Positions 30,042-39,541 of a DNA stretch of 64,000 bases are shown piece after piece; the stretch's first letter is position 1; each line of letters starts with the position of its first letter. A program made the translations under genes and the position numbers. The notes beneath the pieces were generated by a model. That model searched no databases and was not told where the DNA came from. It saw only the letters and a list, made by a program, of their open reading frames with translations. The DNA comes from an uncultured Thermococci archaeon (GTDB lineage Archaea > CAYQAE01 > CAYVLA01): the NCBI GenBank assembly GCA_964549615.1, contig CAZJVP010000051.1:64001-128000 (forward strand). Reading direction: 5' to 3'.

Positions 30042-30707
30042 CTACCAAGTGACGTAGATTCCGTTAGACTGTATGTCGCAGTCCACCTCTGCCCACGCAT
30101 CGTCGCCCGATACTTTGTTCTCCGACTTTGTCTGCACATACACAGAACAGTCAATTATGGTGAACGTCGCTTGGATCGCCCACGGGCCATCGCACGCGAT
30201 ATCCACTTGGAACCATCCGTTGCCATCCGGACCCTCATTCTCTAAGTGTGTGTGATACTGCCCGCTGGTACATATCTGTCCATCGAAAGTATAGGTCTTC
30301 TCGTAGGTCTTGCTGTCTCGGTTATCCATCACCTTGAAGTGAACCTTGACATGGTAGCTTCCCCATCCCTGACCATCGGCCTGCAACGTAACCGGACCGG
30401 AAAAGTCGAACTCTGCATAGAGCGCTGCTCCGTTGCCTACCGGGTCCAAGAGAGAGCCGACTGTAATCGAGTCATAGTAGAATGTGTGGTACGACGACAG
30501 TTCTCTCAGGTTGTTCTCGCTCGGATACGGTTCGACATACTCGTAGGAGTTCGACGATGTCAGACTGCCATCGCCGTAACCGGGGTCGTACACGAACCAA
30601 TCTGCGCTGACGCCCGTGGAATAGAATCGGTCGCTGCCCGCAAACACGAGGACGGCTGAAACGAGGATAATGAGGTACGCTGCCAGAAACTTGTCATTTC
30701 TCTTCAA
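30042..30707 (-). CDS. secreted hypothetical protein
   Basis: GGAGGTG upstream of TTG, signal peptide KFLAAYLIILVSAVLVFA, aromatic and acidic beta-rich body. Confidence 0.7.
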   Translation of the reverse strand: MKRNDKFLAAYLIILVSAVLVFAGSDRFYSTGVSADWFVYDPGYGDGSLTSSNSYEYVEPYPSENNLRELSSYHTFYYDSITVGSLLDPVGNGAALYAEFDFSGPVTLQADGQGWGSYHVKVHFKVMDNRDSKTYEKTYTFDGQICTSGQYHTHLENEGPDGNGWFQVDIACDGPWAIQATFTIIDCSVYVQTKSENKVSGDDAWAEVDCDIQSNGIYVTW

Positions 30708-31088
30708 AACTTACACCTCCTTTACAGTTTGTACGAATAGCGGAGGTGCAAGACAGACGAAGATCCGGACCAGCGCACTAACCCGTAACACTTATAGAAC
30801 GCCGCAGCCCTCTCTATGCGGGCCTGAATTCCGGTTCTACTCATCGGTGATGCACGCTCCGATTGTCCCGCAGCCCAAACTGCGGGACTAGGGCCGGACA
30901 GGAAACCCTATCCGGCTTTCCTACTTTTTTTGGCAGCCGCAGCCGATCAGAGCAGTCTCAAGCCCCTCATCATTCGCAGCCATCCCAGCACGATCGACAG
31001 CACATGTGTGCCCAAGGCGGCATCGGCCATCTCGGCTTAAAGCCGTCTCTTTACCCTCTCCTTGCTGAGACTTGTCCAGATCGCTCAT

Positions 31089-31136
31089 TGTGACTGTGAC
31101 TGTGACTGTGACTGTGACTGTGACTGTGACTGTGAC
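31089..31136. repeat. (TGTGAC)8 perfect microsatellite
   Basis: Eight exact 6-bp units counted. Confidence 0.97.
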
Positions 31137-31214
31137 GGTATCGTGGCGGATTGTGCCCAATCCGACAGTCGTGTATGGTACCTCATGGGCACAAGTGGTA
31201 GCGAATCCCCCACC

Positions 31215-31404
31215 AATGCAGCCCTCACGTGGAGGCCCGGGAAGGCGATGACCAGCTGCTTGCTCCCGCTGAATGCGTCCCTGATCACTAGTTCATCTTG
31301 GAGGCATCGATCTTCGCATCGACGAAGCTCCTGACGACCTTGCTGCCCTTGAACCCGGAGAGGCGCTCGGACACGATTCTAAGCAGGTGTCCTTCCATGG
31401 CCAT
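31215..31404 (-). pseudogene. 5' remnant of a second nei copy
   Basis: MAMEGHLLRIVSERLSGFKG.KVV.SF...MN* followed by a shifted VIRDAFSGSKQLVIAFPGLHVR; aligns with 25718-25898. Confidence 0.85.
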
Positions 31405-31544
31405 CCCCTGGCCAGCGGTTTGAGATTTCCTCCTCCTTCAGGGCGCCTGCGCCAAAGCCCAAGGCGGTCTCGGGCACGGCGGAAAGGCATTAGGGGAGCA
31501 GGGAGCAAGACAACGTATTTAGCCAGTCCGCCCGATGATGGGCC

Positions 31545-31976
31545 ATGGCAAGATGTCCCTTCTGCGAGATAAGCTCCGGAGAGGCCCCGGCTAGCATCGT
31601 GTACCAGGATGCGGCTGTGATGGCCTTCATGGACCTGCGCCCGGCCAATGCCGGCCATGTCTTGGTCATCCCCAGGAAGCACTGGGAAACCATACACGAG
31701 ATCCCGGACTCAACCCTGGTCGACATCTTCAGGGTGGCGAAAAGGGTGGCTGGTGCGGTCAAGGAGGCCGTCAGCGCCGAGGGCATCAACGTCGTACAGA
31801 GCAACGGCCGGGCAGCGTACCAGATGGTGAACCACCTTCACGTGCACGTCATACCGAGATTCCAGGGAGATGCTATATCCAAGACGGTCCAGGCCGTTCT
31901 GGCGTCGCTGGAGTTTGACGTCGCACAGAGAGAGGACTTGGACGAGGTGGCCGAGCTTATCAGAAGGTCTCTCTGA
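31545..31976 (+). CDS. HIT family hydrolase, copy 2
   Basis: Same length as copy 1 (143 aa) and highly similar to it; HLHVHVIPR. Confidence 0.93.
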   Translation: MARCPFCEISSGEAPASIVYQDAAVMAFMDLRPANAGHVLVIPRKHWETIHEIPDSTLVDIFRVAKRVAGAVKEAVSAEGINVVQSNGRAAYQMVNHLHVHVIPRFQGDAISKTVQAVLASLEFDVAQREDLDEVAELIRRSL

Positions 31977-32118
31977 CGGATTGCCTAGGCGGACCACAGC
32001 GGCATTTCAGATCTTGGGCCGTGTTCTCCGCCAGCGAGGGCTGCGTGCGGCCCTCGGGAATGCTGGACCATAACAGCTTTCAGAGGGAGGAGTCTTCAGG
32101 GAACCGGCAGGGGATGAG

Positions 32119-32517
32119 ATGGGGCTGCTGGCTAGAGAGACTGGTTTGGCGTTGACAATCTCCATGCTGTTCCTCGGCATGCATGCCCTGCGGTCTCCTA
32201 CCATACCCCTCGGCCTACTCTTCGCCGGGCTGATCGCAGGCCTCGTTTTCACAGTCGTCCAGGGCCACCGAAAGAGGGTCAACTTCCTGACCAGGGCTGC
32301 CTCCTCCGCCGTCTCCCTCGTTCTCGCCGGCTACTTCCTTTCTGCTGCGATCTACCTGCTTCTGCCTCTCAAGCCATCCCCGTATCTGGCGGTCCTCATG
32401 CCTCTGTACCTGATCCTCGCCTACCGGTTGCTGAGAACCGACCTTAGGATGTGGTCTTGGTACAGGTCCGCCCACCCGGCACTTCCCGGCAGAGTCCCGG
32501 GGCAGAACTCCGTCTAG
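32119..32517 (+). CDS. small multi-pass membrane protein
   Basis: About four hydrophobic segments; intact version of 26609-26834. Confidence 0.7.
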   Translation: MGLLARETGLALTISMLFLGMHALRSPTIPLGLLFAGLIAGLVFTVVQGHRKRVNFLTRAASSAVSLVLAGYFLSAAIYLLLPLKPSPYLAVLMPLYLILAYRLLRTDLRMWSWYRSAHPALPGRVPGQNSV

Positions 32518-32718
32518 CTTTGGTGATTCCGTTCAATACCTCTCATCGAGTAGGGCTCCAAATGTGGATGGGCGACTATCCCGATGGTAGTCGAAGCAGA
32601 CACCCTGGTCTTTGAGTGTATCTGCCGTCGGTTTCCGTTCGTGACCCCTTGTCATTTCAGCACCAAATGGTGGATGATATTTAAGCAACACGGCCCCTAA
32701 TGCACCTTCTGGTGTGTT

Positions 32719-33360
32719 GTGCTTCCTACTGGGATAGCCAGGATGCTTCGGGAGTTGTCTTTGCTGGAGCGACCCGTCTCGCAGGTTGAGATCGCACGGG
32801 TGACCGGGTGCTCTGCTTCCATGGTCAGCAAGGTCGTGGGAATGCTGGGAAGGAAAAGGATCGTTCACAAGCCTGCGAAGAGGAGGGTGGCTGTAGCTAA
32901 TCTGGAGTACCTCCTGTTGTATTGGGCCTTCAGGCGGGACATAGAGGATGATCCACGCACCCTTCTGGAAACCTCGTTGGCGGCCCAGGAAGTTGAGGAA
33001 CACGCGGGCAGGTCATGTCCTCAACTGGCCTTCACGGCTTTCTCTGCTGCTAGGGTAGTGGGTGCGTACCCTGCGCCGTACTCCGACGTCATCGCCTACG
33101 ATCTCTCCAACGGGTCGTGTGAGCTTGACCTGCCGAAGGGAAGAAGCTCGACTTTAGTGTTGCTGAGGGCGGATGATGCCCACCTAGGGTCGAAGACAAT
33201 GCTGAAGGATGGGCTCAGAGTGGTGCCCATCAGGCAGGCTTATGTGGATCTTCTGAGCCTCGGGACCTGGGAGGCGAAGTACGCAGCCATGTCGCTGGCC
33301 GGAATCGATACCTGCCTTCCTCTGATCGGGTCGCGGCCCGAGATCACGGAATATCTTTGA
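32719..33360 (+). CDS. winged-helix protein, type IV TA AbiEi-like antitoxin
   Basis: N-terminal HTH (SQVEIARVTGCSASMVSKVV), AFTAFSAA and the C-terminal VVP..QAYVDL...G...KYAA. Confidence 0.6.
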   Translation: MLPTGIARMLRELSLLERPVSQVEIARVTGCSASMVSKVVGMLGRKRIVHKPAKRRVAVANLEYLLLYWAFRRDIEDDPRTLLETSLAAQEVEEHAGRSCPQLAFTAFSAARVVGAYPAPYSDVIAYDLSNGSCELDLPKGRSSTLVLLRADDAHLGSKTMLKDGLRVVPIRQAYVDLLSLGTWEAKYAAMSLAGIDTCLPLIGSRPEITEYL

Positions 33361-33410
33361 GGCCGCTGCTGCAGTTGATCTCCAGATCCGCGCCGTGAGC
33401 CTCGTGACAC

Positions 33411-34622
33411 TTGAGCAGGTTGGAGGCATCTGATATGAACGAGGTGATGGAGAATCCAAAGAAGGTGAAAGGTGGAGCTTACGTATTGGTCACGCCCAAT
33501 GGTCCCGAGGACGGCGGGGATTTCGGGCCCAGGACGACGGGAACAAGAACCAGCGGCATCCAGGAAGCCTTGGATCATGCGAAGGGCAACAGGAAGGACC
33601 TCTACATCGCCGGCGGCGGCCTCACCGAACCATTCAAGGGAGGCGTGGGCTACCAGCTTCAGGAAACCCTGAGGATACCTTGGAACCAGAACTGGCGCCT
33701 GGACGGGGGAGAGTACTGGCTGACCTACGCGGGGGAGAGCGGGGACGGCGTGGTCATCGACAGCCAGATGAACTGCCGGATCAAGCTCGGGGTGGTCGTC
33801 AACTCCCGTTCCCCTGGGGCTGTCGTGCGTATATGTCCCACCTCAAAAGGGCCGGATAACTTCCGGTGCGCCGTGGCCAGCACCTTCCAGTTCAACGCGC
33901 TGGTCGGTGCCGGGGATGTCTGGGGAAAAGGTGGGGCGGTGCAGAGGAGCACAGGGCTTCTGATGGACGCATCCGGAGGGCCGATCTCGGGCAACAAGGT
34001 GCAGGTCCGGGAGATCAACGCATGCGACGTCGGCGTACACCTGACCCAAGGGTGCAGCGGGAACGACATCGAGGCGACCTGGATTCACCTGACCAATCTG
34101 GGCTTGAGGATCGGGGATGAAGGGTCTCCCAATGTCCGCGGGAACACAATAAAGGCAGGCATCTCGGGCGACCTGAAGGGGACCAAGGGTGTGCAGATCT
34201 TCGGGCAGAGGAATCTCCTGACGATCAATGCCCACGGCAATGATCCGGGCCAGAACATGATATTCGAGGAAACGGCCAGGGACAACCTCATCATCGCCCT
34301 GGATCTTGCCGACGGGTTCACCAACCGCGCGGCGATCCCGACGAATCGAATCATTCCCGCATGCCCCGTCGAATTCTCCCTGGCCACGCCGCCCATCCCT
34401 GCATCGGGAGAGGAGGTGGTGAACCGATATCCTTACACGGTGCTTGTTCGCATCGTGCGCCCGGGCAGGGTCACCGGCTGGATTGAAAAGGATGCCAACG
34501 GGGCCTCCGAGGCGTTCCAGGGCAACCTGTTCGTAGGACAAACGCTCGTTCTGTCGCCTGGCCAGGGGATCATCTTCACCTACGATGAGCCGCCGGCCTG
34601 GAGATGGAAGGCCGTCGAGTAG
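33411..34622 (+). CDS. hypothetical beta-helix (pectin-lyase-like) protein
   Basis: GIQEALD cap helix and Asn/Gly-rich repeats (ISGNKV, CSGNDI, VRGNTI, ARDNLI). The start may be at 33435 or 33447. Confidence 0.6.
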   Translation: MSRLEASDMNEVMENPKKVKGGAYVLVTPNGPEDGGDFGPRTTGTRTSGIQEALDHAKGNRKDLYIAGGGLTEPFKGGVGYQLQETLRIPWNQNWRLDGGEYWLTYAGESGDGVVIDSQMNCRIKLGVVVNSRSPGAVVRICPTSKGPDNFRCAVASTFQFNALVGAGDVWGKGGAVQRSTGLLMDASGGPISGNKVQVREINACDVGVHLTQGCSGNDIEATWIHLTNLGLRIGDEGSPNVRGNTIKAGISGDLKGTKGVQIFGQRNLLTINAHGNDPGQNMIFEETARDNLIIALDLADGFTNRAAIPTNRIIPACPVEFSLATPPIPASGEEVVNRYPYTVLVRIVRPGRVTGWIEKDANGASEAFQGNLFVGQTLVLSPGQGIIFTYDEPPAWRWKAVE

Positions 34623-34672
34623 ACGTTTGGCTGTGACCTGTCTAGTCGTGTCGGCCGGACGCGGGTGGTTTC

Positions 34673-35401
34673 TTGAAGAACCAGTACTTCGGGGACACTA
34701 GGGATCTGTTCAAGTACGACCTCGTGCTGGAGTTCCTGCTCCAAACTGGGCTCAAGCGATTCACCTTCATCCCCATGCTCACCCAGGACGAACCAAGCTA
34801 CAGCGGAGGCCGTACCGACCACTCGAAGGCGCGGGCTGGGACGGGCAGGAAGGAGTTGGTGGACAGCCTCACGGCCTGCATCAAGGAAGGCAGGAGGAAC
34901 ATAAGAGAGCTTAGTTGGGTCATCAGATCCGGCGCGCCAACGGCCGGGATCAGCGTGGCGATCTACGCGGAGGATCGCCTATTCACGCACGAGGCAAGAC
35001 GCCAGTACTTCGGGGGGATAGGCTTCGGCCTGCTCGAGCGCTCCGTGATTCTTGTGGATCCCGACATAGGCCTGGAGGTGAAGAGCATGAGGGGCAGGGA
35101 GGAAAGGTATGTCACCTACGACGAGGTCAAGCTTCTCTACGATCGGATGGATCCGCGCTCGATCCTCACCGTATTCCAATTCATACCTCGGGTGAAGAGG
35201 CTCCATTACATCCAGCTTCTGCGGGCAAGGCTGGCACGGCAAGTCGCCACGGGCGGGGAAGTCTGCTACGTATCGGACAATCAGGTTGCCTTGTTTGCAC
35301 TGGCCAAGGGCTCACGGTCAAGGCACTTGGTGCGCAGCGTGATCCATGGATATGCCGAACGCTACGGCCTGCTCTGTGGCCCCAACGAAGTCGATGGGTA
35401 G
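34673..35401 (+). CDS. hypothetical protein, possible RlmJ-like Rossmann fold
   Basis: MKNQYFGD.RD.FKY start and an ILVDPD.GLE motif. Confidence 0.55.
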   Translation: MKNQYFGDTRDLFKYDLVLEFLLQTGLKRFTFIPMLTQDEPSYSGGRTDHSKARAGTGRKELVDSLTACIKEGRRNIRELSWVIRSGAPTAGISVAIYAEDRLFTHEARRQYFGGIGFGLLERSVILVDPDIGLEVKSMRGREERYVTYDEVKLLYDRMDPRSILTVFQFIPRVKRLHYIQLLRARLARQVATGGEVCYVSDNQVALFALAKGSRSRHLVRSVIHGYAERYGLLCGPNEVDG

Positions 35402-35420
35402 TTTCAGGGCATGTTGGTCG

Positions 35421-36434
35421 TCATGCCCTTGCCCGCATCCTCTTAATGATCTGAGAGAAGTTGCGAGCAATCTCCTCCATTCCCTGCGGCGATGGATGGA
35501 CGAGATCGAAGCTCAGCCCGGGGACCTCCCTCAGCAGTCTCCTTCCATCGATGTGGAACAGTCTGGGCATGTTCAGATCCTTGACCGCGTCGCGCACGAT
35601 CTGCCTGAACGCGGCCTGCCTAGCCGGCGTTGGCTCAAGGTCGGCAGAGAAGGTGAACATGTCGGTGCAGAACACCCATTTCCTGGGATGGGATCTGGCG
35701 ATCCTGCGCACGAAGTACCTCACCCTGCGTTCGAACTCCTCGTTTGTGAACTCCGGGCGGGGCATCATGTTGATGCCTATCTCCAGCGTGGCGAGGTCCC
35801 AATCCTGCCGGCGGGCGATGTAGTCCGCCATCTGGGCTTCGCAGTGGGCACCGCCGCCGAAGCCCAGGTTCACCAAATCGACCCCAAGCATCTGGGCCAT
35901 CCGCATAACGTAGGAGCCAGTGGGCCTTATTGCCCAAGCACCGTGGGTGATGGACGAGCCGTAGGTGAGCAGGGTCTCCCTCGGGGTCTGGGACCTCCTG
36001 GGAGGCTCGGTCTCGCCCTCTACCTCGACCAGCCTAACGGGCGGCCAGTACGGTAGGATTACCCTTGTTAGGTGTGCGTCGAAGGGAAGCTTCCTCTCCC
36101 TCGTGATCTTGTCGAGGGACTTCATGTTCTGGGGCTTCGACACCCTGATCTCCGTGGCCTCGGGGCCTACGAGGTGCCATGAAACCAGGAAGCATCCCTG
36201 GAAGACTTCGACCAGCGCGGGCGGCTCCTTGCCGGCTATGAGACTGATCTTCGCCTCGGTCCCTTTGAGGTTGAACCTGATCTCCGCCCCCGCCGCGGCC
36301 AGGGCTGCCTCCTTGGCTTGATCGTTCAAGCTCACCCTCAGGTCATTGGGGATCCTGCTGAGCAGCATTCCCTTGCCGTCGGGAGGCGATATCAGCTCCT
36401 CGATGTTGTGCAATTCCACGCCTTTGTGAATCAA
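35421..36434 (-). CDS. SGNH/GDSL-family esterase
   Basis: YGSSITHG, VNLGFGG, EIGIN and DLVHP blocks; TTG start inferred at 36434. Confidence 0.85.
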   Translation of the reverse strand: MIHKGVELHNIEELISPPDGKGMLLSRIPNDLRVSLNDQAKEAALAAAGAEIRFNLKGTEAKISLIAGKEPPALVEVFQGCFLVSWHLVGPEATEIRVSKPQNMKSLDKITRERKLPFDAHLTRVILPYWPPVRLVEVEGETEPPRRSQTPRETLLTYGSSITHGAWAIRPTGSYVMRMAQMLGVDLVNLGFGGGAHCEAQMADYIARRQDWDLATLEIGINMMPRPEFTNEEFERRVRYFVRRIARSHPRKWVFCTDMFTFSADLEPTPARQAAFRQIVRDAVKDLNMPRLFHIDGRRLLREVPGLSFDLVHPSPQGMEEIARNFSQIIKRMRARA

Positions 36435-36851
36435 CTCCTCATCCCTCGCAGCGATGTTGCTTGGGCCTCCAGCAGCGTCCGCCTCGGCGTCGGCCGAGGA
36501 ATCCACGTCCTGGCATAAGCCGGTGTCCGGTGGAGCTGCCGCCAGGCAGGCGGGCCGAAGTGCGCATAGATATCTTTCGCCGAGAGGACTAGGTGTCGGG
36601 CATCCCGGCGCTTGATCGTGCTGGTCCGAGCTCCATCCTTCATCCCCCGACGGCTGTCCCAAGTGCATGCTGTGCACAGAACCAAAACTGTGACGCTGCG
36701 TCTAAACCCAGCGTTGCTGGCGCCTTGAGGGCCCGCAGATAGGCAAGCCGGGTTCGCCCCGGTCCGCGACACGGCCGCCTGTCCGGCCAGCAAGCAAGAT
36801 CAGACGTAAGGTTTAAAGATGCTCGTGGAAACTCCAGCGCAGAGCAGTAAC

Positions 36852-38120
36852 ATGCCTGCGCCCTCCGGTCAAGCTGGTGATGAGCCAGTCCACTGGCTTG
36901 CCGTCCTTTCCCTTGCATCGTGCGTCATGGGTTCGTCGGCGGCCACGGCCCTGGAGGACGGACGGATCGGGGTCCTCTACATCGGCTGCATCGCCCGTTC
37001 CCGGCCCTTCTGGGACATGAGGCAGGACCCTCTCTTCGCGCTCAGCTTCGTGCAGGCGACCCTTCGCTCGTCCGGAGCATGGGCCCCTATACAGCAGGTG
37101 TCGGGAGGAGGTGAAGTGGCCAGGATGGTGAGGCTGTACATGCCCCGAACCTACTCGCGGCTGACGTCGGGGTTCGATGTCATAGTCCTTTCCAACGCGA
37201 ATCGATTCATGGTGGGCGTGAGCAACATCGAGATGGTCGCCCGTGCAGTCAGGGAGGGTGGCCTGGGGCTTTTCATGTCCGGAGGCTGGGAGAGCTTCGG
37301 GGGGCACAATCATCCCGACTGGGGAAGCACCTCGGTGGGCGATCTGCTTCCGACCGTGGATGTTGAGGGCTCCTGGGTGTCGCATCCGCGTGGCGACCTC
37401 AAGCTCGTGATCACCGACGAGAAGCACGAGTTCATCAGGAGCCTTCCCTGGGAGAGGGAGAAGGCGCAGTTCATGTTCGACTTCCACCACAACGTGGTCA
37501 CAGCCAAAGAGGGTTCCCAGGTGCTTGCCCGGGTACGGGCTCCGGACTTGGATGATCCGGCCATGGTGAGCTGGGAGCTTGCGGGGGGAAACCGCGTCTT
37601 CGCCCTAACCGGCGAAGTCCACACGATGGCGTTAGGCCCGTGGCCGTACTACCTGGACTTCGGGGCAAACCTGATGATCTACCTTGACGGCCGCCCAGTT
37701 CCCCAAGACATCGACCTGGTGCACTCGCTCAGGACGACGATGCACGCGGTCGCCGTAAGGAGGTCCCTGCTGATTAGCCTCCTGGAGTTCTGTGACTCCT
37801 TCGGCGCTGACACGGGCGGGATCACGGTCAGGACGGACGAGCTGGACAAGATCGCGGCGCAGGCAAAGCCCCTCTATCTGCAACTGCAGTTCCAAGAAAC
37901 CCTAGACGCCTACAGGAGCGTCGAGGAGGGCCTGGCGACGATCGAACAGGACGCAATGCGGCTGAAGGACAGAACCCTGTTTTGGATCTACATCATCGAA
38001 TGGGTTGCCGTGACCGGAACCATGATGGTCTGCGGGGTCCTCCTTTGGTCGATCATGATCCGCCACAGTCTGTACAGAGAAACCCGAACGACAAGGTTGG
38101 AGCGCCTGGATCCACCCTGA
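36852..38120 (+). CDS. membrane-anchored GATase1/DUF1355-like protein, paralog 2
   Basis: Signal peptide, LEDGRIGVLY, RLYMPR, FDVIVLSNAN, GLFMSGGWESFGG, HHN, DFGANLMIYLD.RPVPQD, LKDR.L.W.Y..EW followed by a TM helix. Confidence 0.85.
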   Translation: MPAPSGQAGDEPVHWLAVLSLASCVMGSSAATALEDGRIGVLYIGCIARSRPFWDMRQDPLFALSFVQATLRSSGAWAPIQQVSGGGEVARMVRLYMPRTYSRLTSGFDVIVLSNANRFMVGVSNIEMVARAVREGGLGLFMSGGWESFGGHNHPDWGSTSVGDLLPTVDVEGSWVSHPRGDLKLVITDEKHEFIRSLPWEREKAQFMFDFHHNVVTAKEGSQVLARVRAPDLDDPAMVSWELAGGNRVFALTGEVHTMALGPWPYYLDFGANLMIYLDGRPVPQDIDLVHSLRTTMHAVAVRRSLLISLLEFCDSFGADTGGITVRTDELDKIAAQAKPLYLQLQFQETLDAYRSVEEGLATIEQDAMRLKDRTLFWIYIIEWVAVTGTMMVCGVLLWSIMIRHSLYRETRTTRLERLDPP

Positions 38121-38591
38121 GCTGCATGGAGAGCTTGGAGGGGTATGCAGCAAGCATCCAGCGGACTCTATTTGTCCGATAGGCCCCTCGAACCGATCTC
38201 CTTGCCCCGCCGTCGCCTGACCATCAACATGGAGGCCGTCGCGCGTTGGACATGCATCCTCGTCGTTGGGCGATCCTCTAGCTGAGATACTTTCTTCGCA
38301 TTCGCTCAGGCATGGATATCGTGTTGCCCGTTGCGTGCATTAAGGCCATGTAGGGCTGCGGGATCTGGTCATCCCCATTCGCGGATCGGCAAGCGGCATT
38401 GGCGGGCCTCGGAAAAGGTCAACCGGCGAAGGAAGCGCTAATGGGTTAAGTTCGGCGATCGGAAAACGACGCTGTCCGAGATCATGGGGTTCAGTTACGT
38501 GTGAAGATGGAATCCCGATTCGCCTGCTCCTCGGGGTGACTGCAAGCCAATGTCCCCCACTGAAAACTTTCGTTTGGGGTCGCCGGCCCGG

Positions 38592-39053
38592 CTACAGTCC
38601 TAGCATCTTAGCAGCTTGCCGATGATCGACGACTTGGAAATCAGAGTAGGTCGGCATGAGGCTTTGGACCGGAAATCCTTGGATCTCCTCGTCCTCGGTG
38701 ATGAGGATGTTTCCCGCCCAAGCCCCTGTCGCAACTATCACACAGTCAACGAAATCCGTCATCTGCCTTCGCGCTAGGATCGACCTCAGGCAGACCTCCG
38801 GCTCGGAAACCGGCACCTTGGTCAATCCCTCGTCGGACGCCAATACGGCGATGCCGGTGAGGACGTCGTCCTCTCGAAGATACGACTCGGCGCAATGTTT
38901 GGCCGCGATTGCCATGGCCTCGAACACGGAGATTTCACTGAGCATCGTCTCGTGTCCGGCCCGACGGAGTCTCCGGAGAAGGTCCCTTGGAACGTCGGCC
39001 TGGGCCATCCCTAGGCAGGGAAGAACGTAGGTGGTGTCGAGGACGACCCTCAT
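38592..39053 (-). CDS. vapC: PIN-domain toxin (VapC-like)
   Basis: VVLDTTY, S..EA, DFVDCVIVAT and LITED acidic PIN residues. Confidence 0.85.
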   Translation of the reverse strand: MRVVLDTTYVLPCLGMAQADVPRDLLRRLRRAGHETMLSEISVFEAMAIAAKHCAESYLREDDVLTGIAVLASDEGLTKVPVSEPEVCLRSILARRQMTDFVDCVIVATGAWAGNILITEDEEIQGFPVQSLMPTYSDFQVVDHRQAAKMLGL

Positions 39054-39286
39054 CGCTCCAGCCTCTGAGAGAGTTCTTTTCGGGACCTGGTGAACTCCTC
39101 AGGCGAGATGATCAGCTTCGGCTCCCTCTCGAGGAGGTCATCAAGGCTGGGGAGGGGATGCACGATGAGCCGTCCACGGTCGACGCTGTATGACACCAGA
39201 GAACCCGGCGCAATCCCGAGCGCGTCCCTCATACTCTTTGGTGGGAACAGCTCGCCCTTGGATCCAACCCTGCCGGTGACGGCCAT
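39050..39286 (-). CDS. vapB: AbrB/MazE-family antitoxin (VapB-like)
   Basis: RVGSKGELFPPK.MRDALGI.PG; 4-nt overlap with the PIN gene. Confidence 0.85.
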   Translation of the reverse strand: MAVTGRVGSKGELFPPKSMRDALGIAPGSLVSYSVDRGRLIVHPLPSLDDLLEREPKLIISPEEFTRSRKELSQRLER

Positions 39287-39300
39287 GTAGAGCGCTTGCC

Positions 39301-39321
39301 GGAATAGCTTAATAATATTCC
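39301..39321 (-). promoter_or_regulatory. vapBC promoter: TATA box inside an inverted repeat (probable operator)
   Basis: GGAATA-gcttaataa-TATTCC; the minus-strand TTATTAAG lies about 25 nt upstream of the ATG at 39286. Confidence 0.6.
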
Positions 39322-39541
39322 CTTAGCCGGATTTGGGGCCATTGACCGGATGAGTCCGGCAGATTCAACGACGCCAGATATCGCGCAAGGGCCAACTTGA
39401 TCGACAGCTCCATGATCTGCAGGTTTCCTCTGGCGATGGCGTGCGCTCTCGGTCAACAGTTTGGGAGGTCGGGAGGGGTGGCCGGGCCCGTTGGTGGTGG
39501 TGTCGGAAGATTCTTATCCGTTCTGGACCGAAGCGGGGTGG

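Noticed and set aside
30921-31334. ORFs with (CD)n, (TV)n or (SQ)n runs
   Set aside because: These are translations of the microsatellite with no other coding evidence.
38121-38590. 470-bp gap that might hold an ncRNA or gene remnant
   Set aside because: No recognisable structure or protein motif.
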